From contig NC_087261.1 of the NCBI RefSeq assembly GCF_037042905.1, positions 10,478,001-10,542,000 on the forward strand: a stretch of DNA of 64,000 nt, written 5' to 3'. Origin of the DNA: Lytechinus pictus. Lineage: Eukaryota. Both the position numbers and the translations under genes were made by a program. How positions within the stretch are numbered: the stretch's first letter is position 1; each line of letters begins with the position of its first letter. This document shows positions 63,001 to 64,000 of this stretch, piece after piece. A model generated the notes under the pieces. That model ran no database searches. It saw only the letters and a list, made by a program, of their open reading frames with translations, and was not told the origin of the DNA.

Positions 63001-63155
63001 GTTAGTGTCCTGATAACGGAGAAACGTTGATGCTCTCCCTGAGTTGTCAAGGAGCATCGGCCAGCGACCATCGGATTTGATCTTTCCTCCCACGTCTCTT
63101 AATAACACATCATTCAGCTCCTTGAAGTTCACCTTTACACCTACCTCATCTTCCC
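60081..63155 (-). CDS. IQANK1: IQ motif and ankyrin repeat domain-containing protein 1-like, last three coding exons (5' part beyond the window)
   Basis: Exons 63155-62930, 61377-61249, 60240-60081 (TGA); phases 1,2,2. ELNDVLLRDVGGKIKSDGRWPMLLDNSGRASTFLRYQDTNFINALNP..AVLGAIRYGKPFVLD..YLYLVRDSDGEEY..F matches the IQANK1 C-terminal domain as I recall it. Confidence 0.8.
60884..61119 (-). mobile_element. tRNA-derived SINE (intronic)
   Basis: Minus strand: box A TGGTGTAGTGG, box B GTTCGATTC, body AATGGGTACCCAGTAGG..TTCCTTGAATGC shared with the SINE at 21223. Confidence 0.75.
61880..62898. mobile_element. non-autonomous Helentron/HINE-like element, copy 3 (~5 x 163-bp repeats)
   Basis: Same termini, subTIR GTCTCGCCTGCAT / ATGCAGGCGAGAC, same repeat unit. 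Confidence 0.7.
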
Positions 63156-64000
63156 CTGAGAGAAAAAAATGATTTTGTGATTAGTTGATAATACAAATTT
63201 TCATGAACTTGTTTTTGAAAATAAAACATATAATTTTCAGATAAATCTCATTTATATCCTCTGGATGTCTATAGCGTGTCTTTATGCATCACTCAATTTT
63301 CCTGAGAGGCCTAATGCAATTGTGAATAATCTAAATTTGTACATTTGAAGGTTTCATTGGAAACTGTCTTCTTGAAGTTTGCCTAATTGAGACTTGTCTG
63401 ATCAAAGTTTGACTAATTGAAGAGTGACACATTCCAGAGATTTAATACCGGGTAATTAAAGATTGATTTATTTAAGAAATCATTATTTGATGGTAGGCGA
63501 ATCTGATATTGACTCATTAAATACTAATCAACACATTTTTGACTAATTAGAGATTTATCAACAGAAAATTTTGTAATTAATTGAAGGTATATATATTCAA
63601 AGGCATAGGCTAATATTATTGATGTCTAATTTTAAAGAAAATACTGAACTTTAATTCATGTTGATTTTAATACTGTGCATGCATGTGGATGAAAAAAAAA
63701 CACCCTGGAAGAAAACAAAAATCAAATTCGTGCAGACACTTTCAAGATATCCGCGCCTGAAAATCAATTACTAAATCTCCTCAGGAAATTAATATAATGC
63801 ATGTTAGTGTGTGGGACTAAATTAAGATGATGTTTCTGGACACTTTTTTCAAGCACTAAATAATGATTTTTGGGTGCGACTTTCTCTGGGCATCATTTTT
63901 ATATCATATCACAGACACAGGTGATAGGAGGGACCTTGCAGCTCAGACTTTCTGTAGAGTCAAATCAATGTTTGGCAATGCTGTTTAAGTTTAAAAGTGA

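Overview
AT-rich eukaryotic genomic DNA with spliceosomal introns. The repeat landscape and gene structures suggest a marine invertebrate, probably a sea urchin (inference only). Most six-frame ORFs are spurious. Host genes, reconstructed by hand from GT-AG splice sites and frame continuity: (1) a 9-coding-exon TINAG/TINAGL1-like non-catalytic cathepsin-B-family gene (+, 8101-18727, 502 aa); (2) a small candidate death-domain-only gene (+, 30447-31368, 119 aa); (3) the last three exons of an IQANK1-like gene (-, 60081-63155, continuing beyond the window); (4) a tandem 'mini-IQANK1' paralogue (-, 49170-53935, 225 aa) that joins a Lys-rich MPPKK N-terminal exon directly to the C-terminal domain, with no IQ or ankyrin part. 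Two head-to-tail Polinton/Maverick (adintovirus-like) relics lie between ~35.5 and 48.3 kb. The first is old and heavily decayed. The second is better preserved: unknown ORF-X, protein-primed PolB, packaging ATPase, pX-like protein, a conserved ORF, and a truncated retroviral-type integrase. The standout observation is that this pPolB has an intron-containing, acidic, S/T-P-rich N-terminal extension: three phase-0 introns lie upstream of the terminal-protein/vOTU region. The rest of the window is a dense set of MITEs (Kolobok-, hAT-, Tc1/mariner- and CMC-type), tRNA-derived SINEs, three Helentron-like elements with ~163-bp repeats rich in nuclear-receptor half-sites, and mini/microsatellites.
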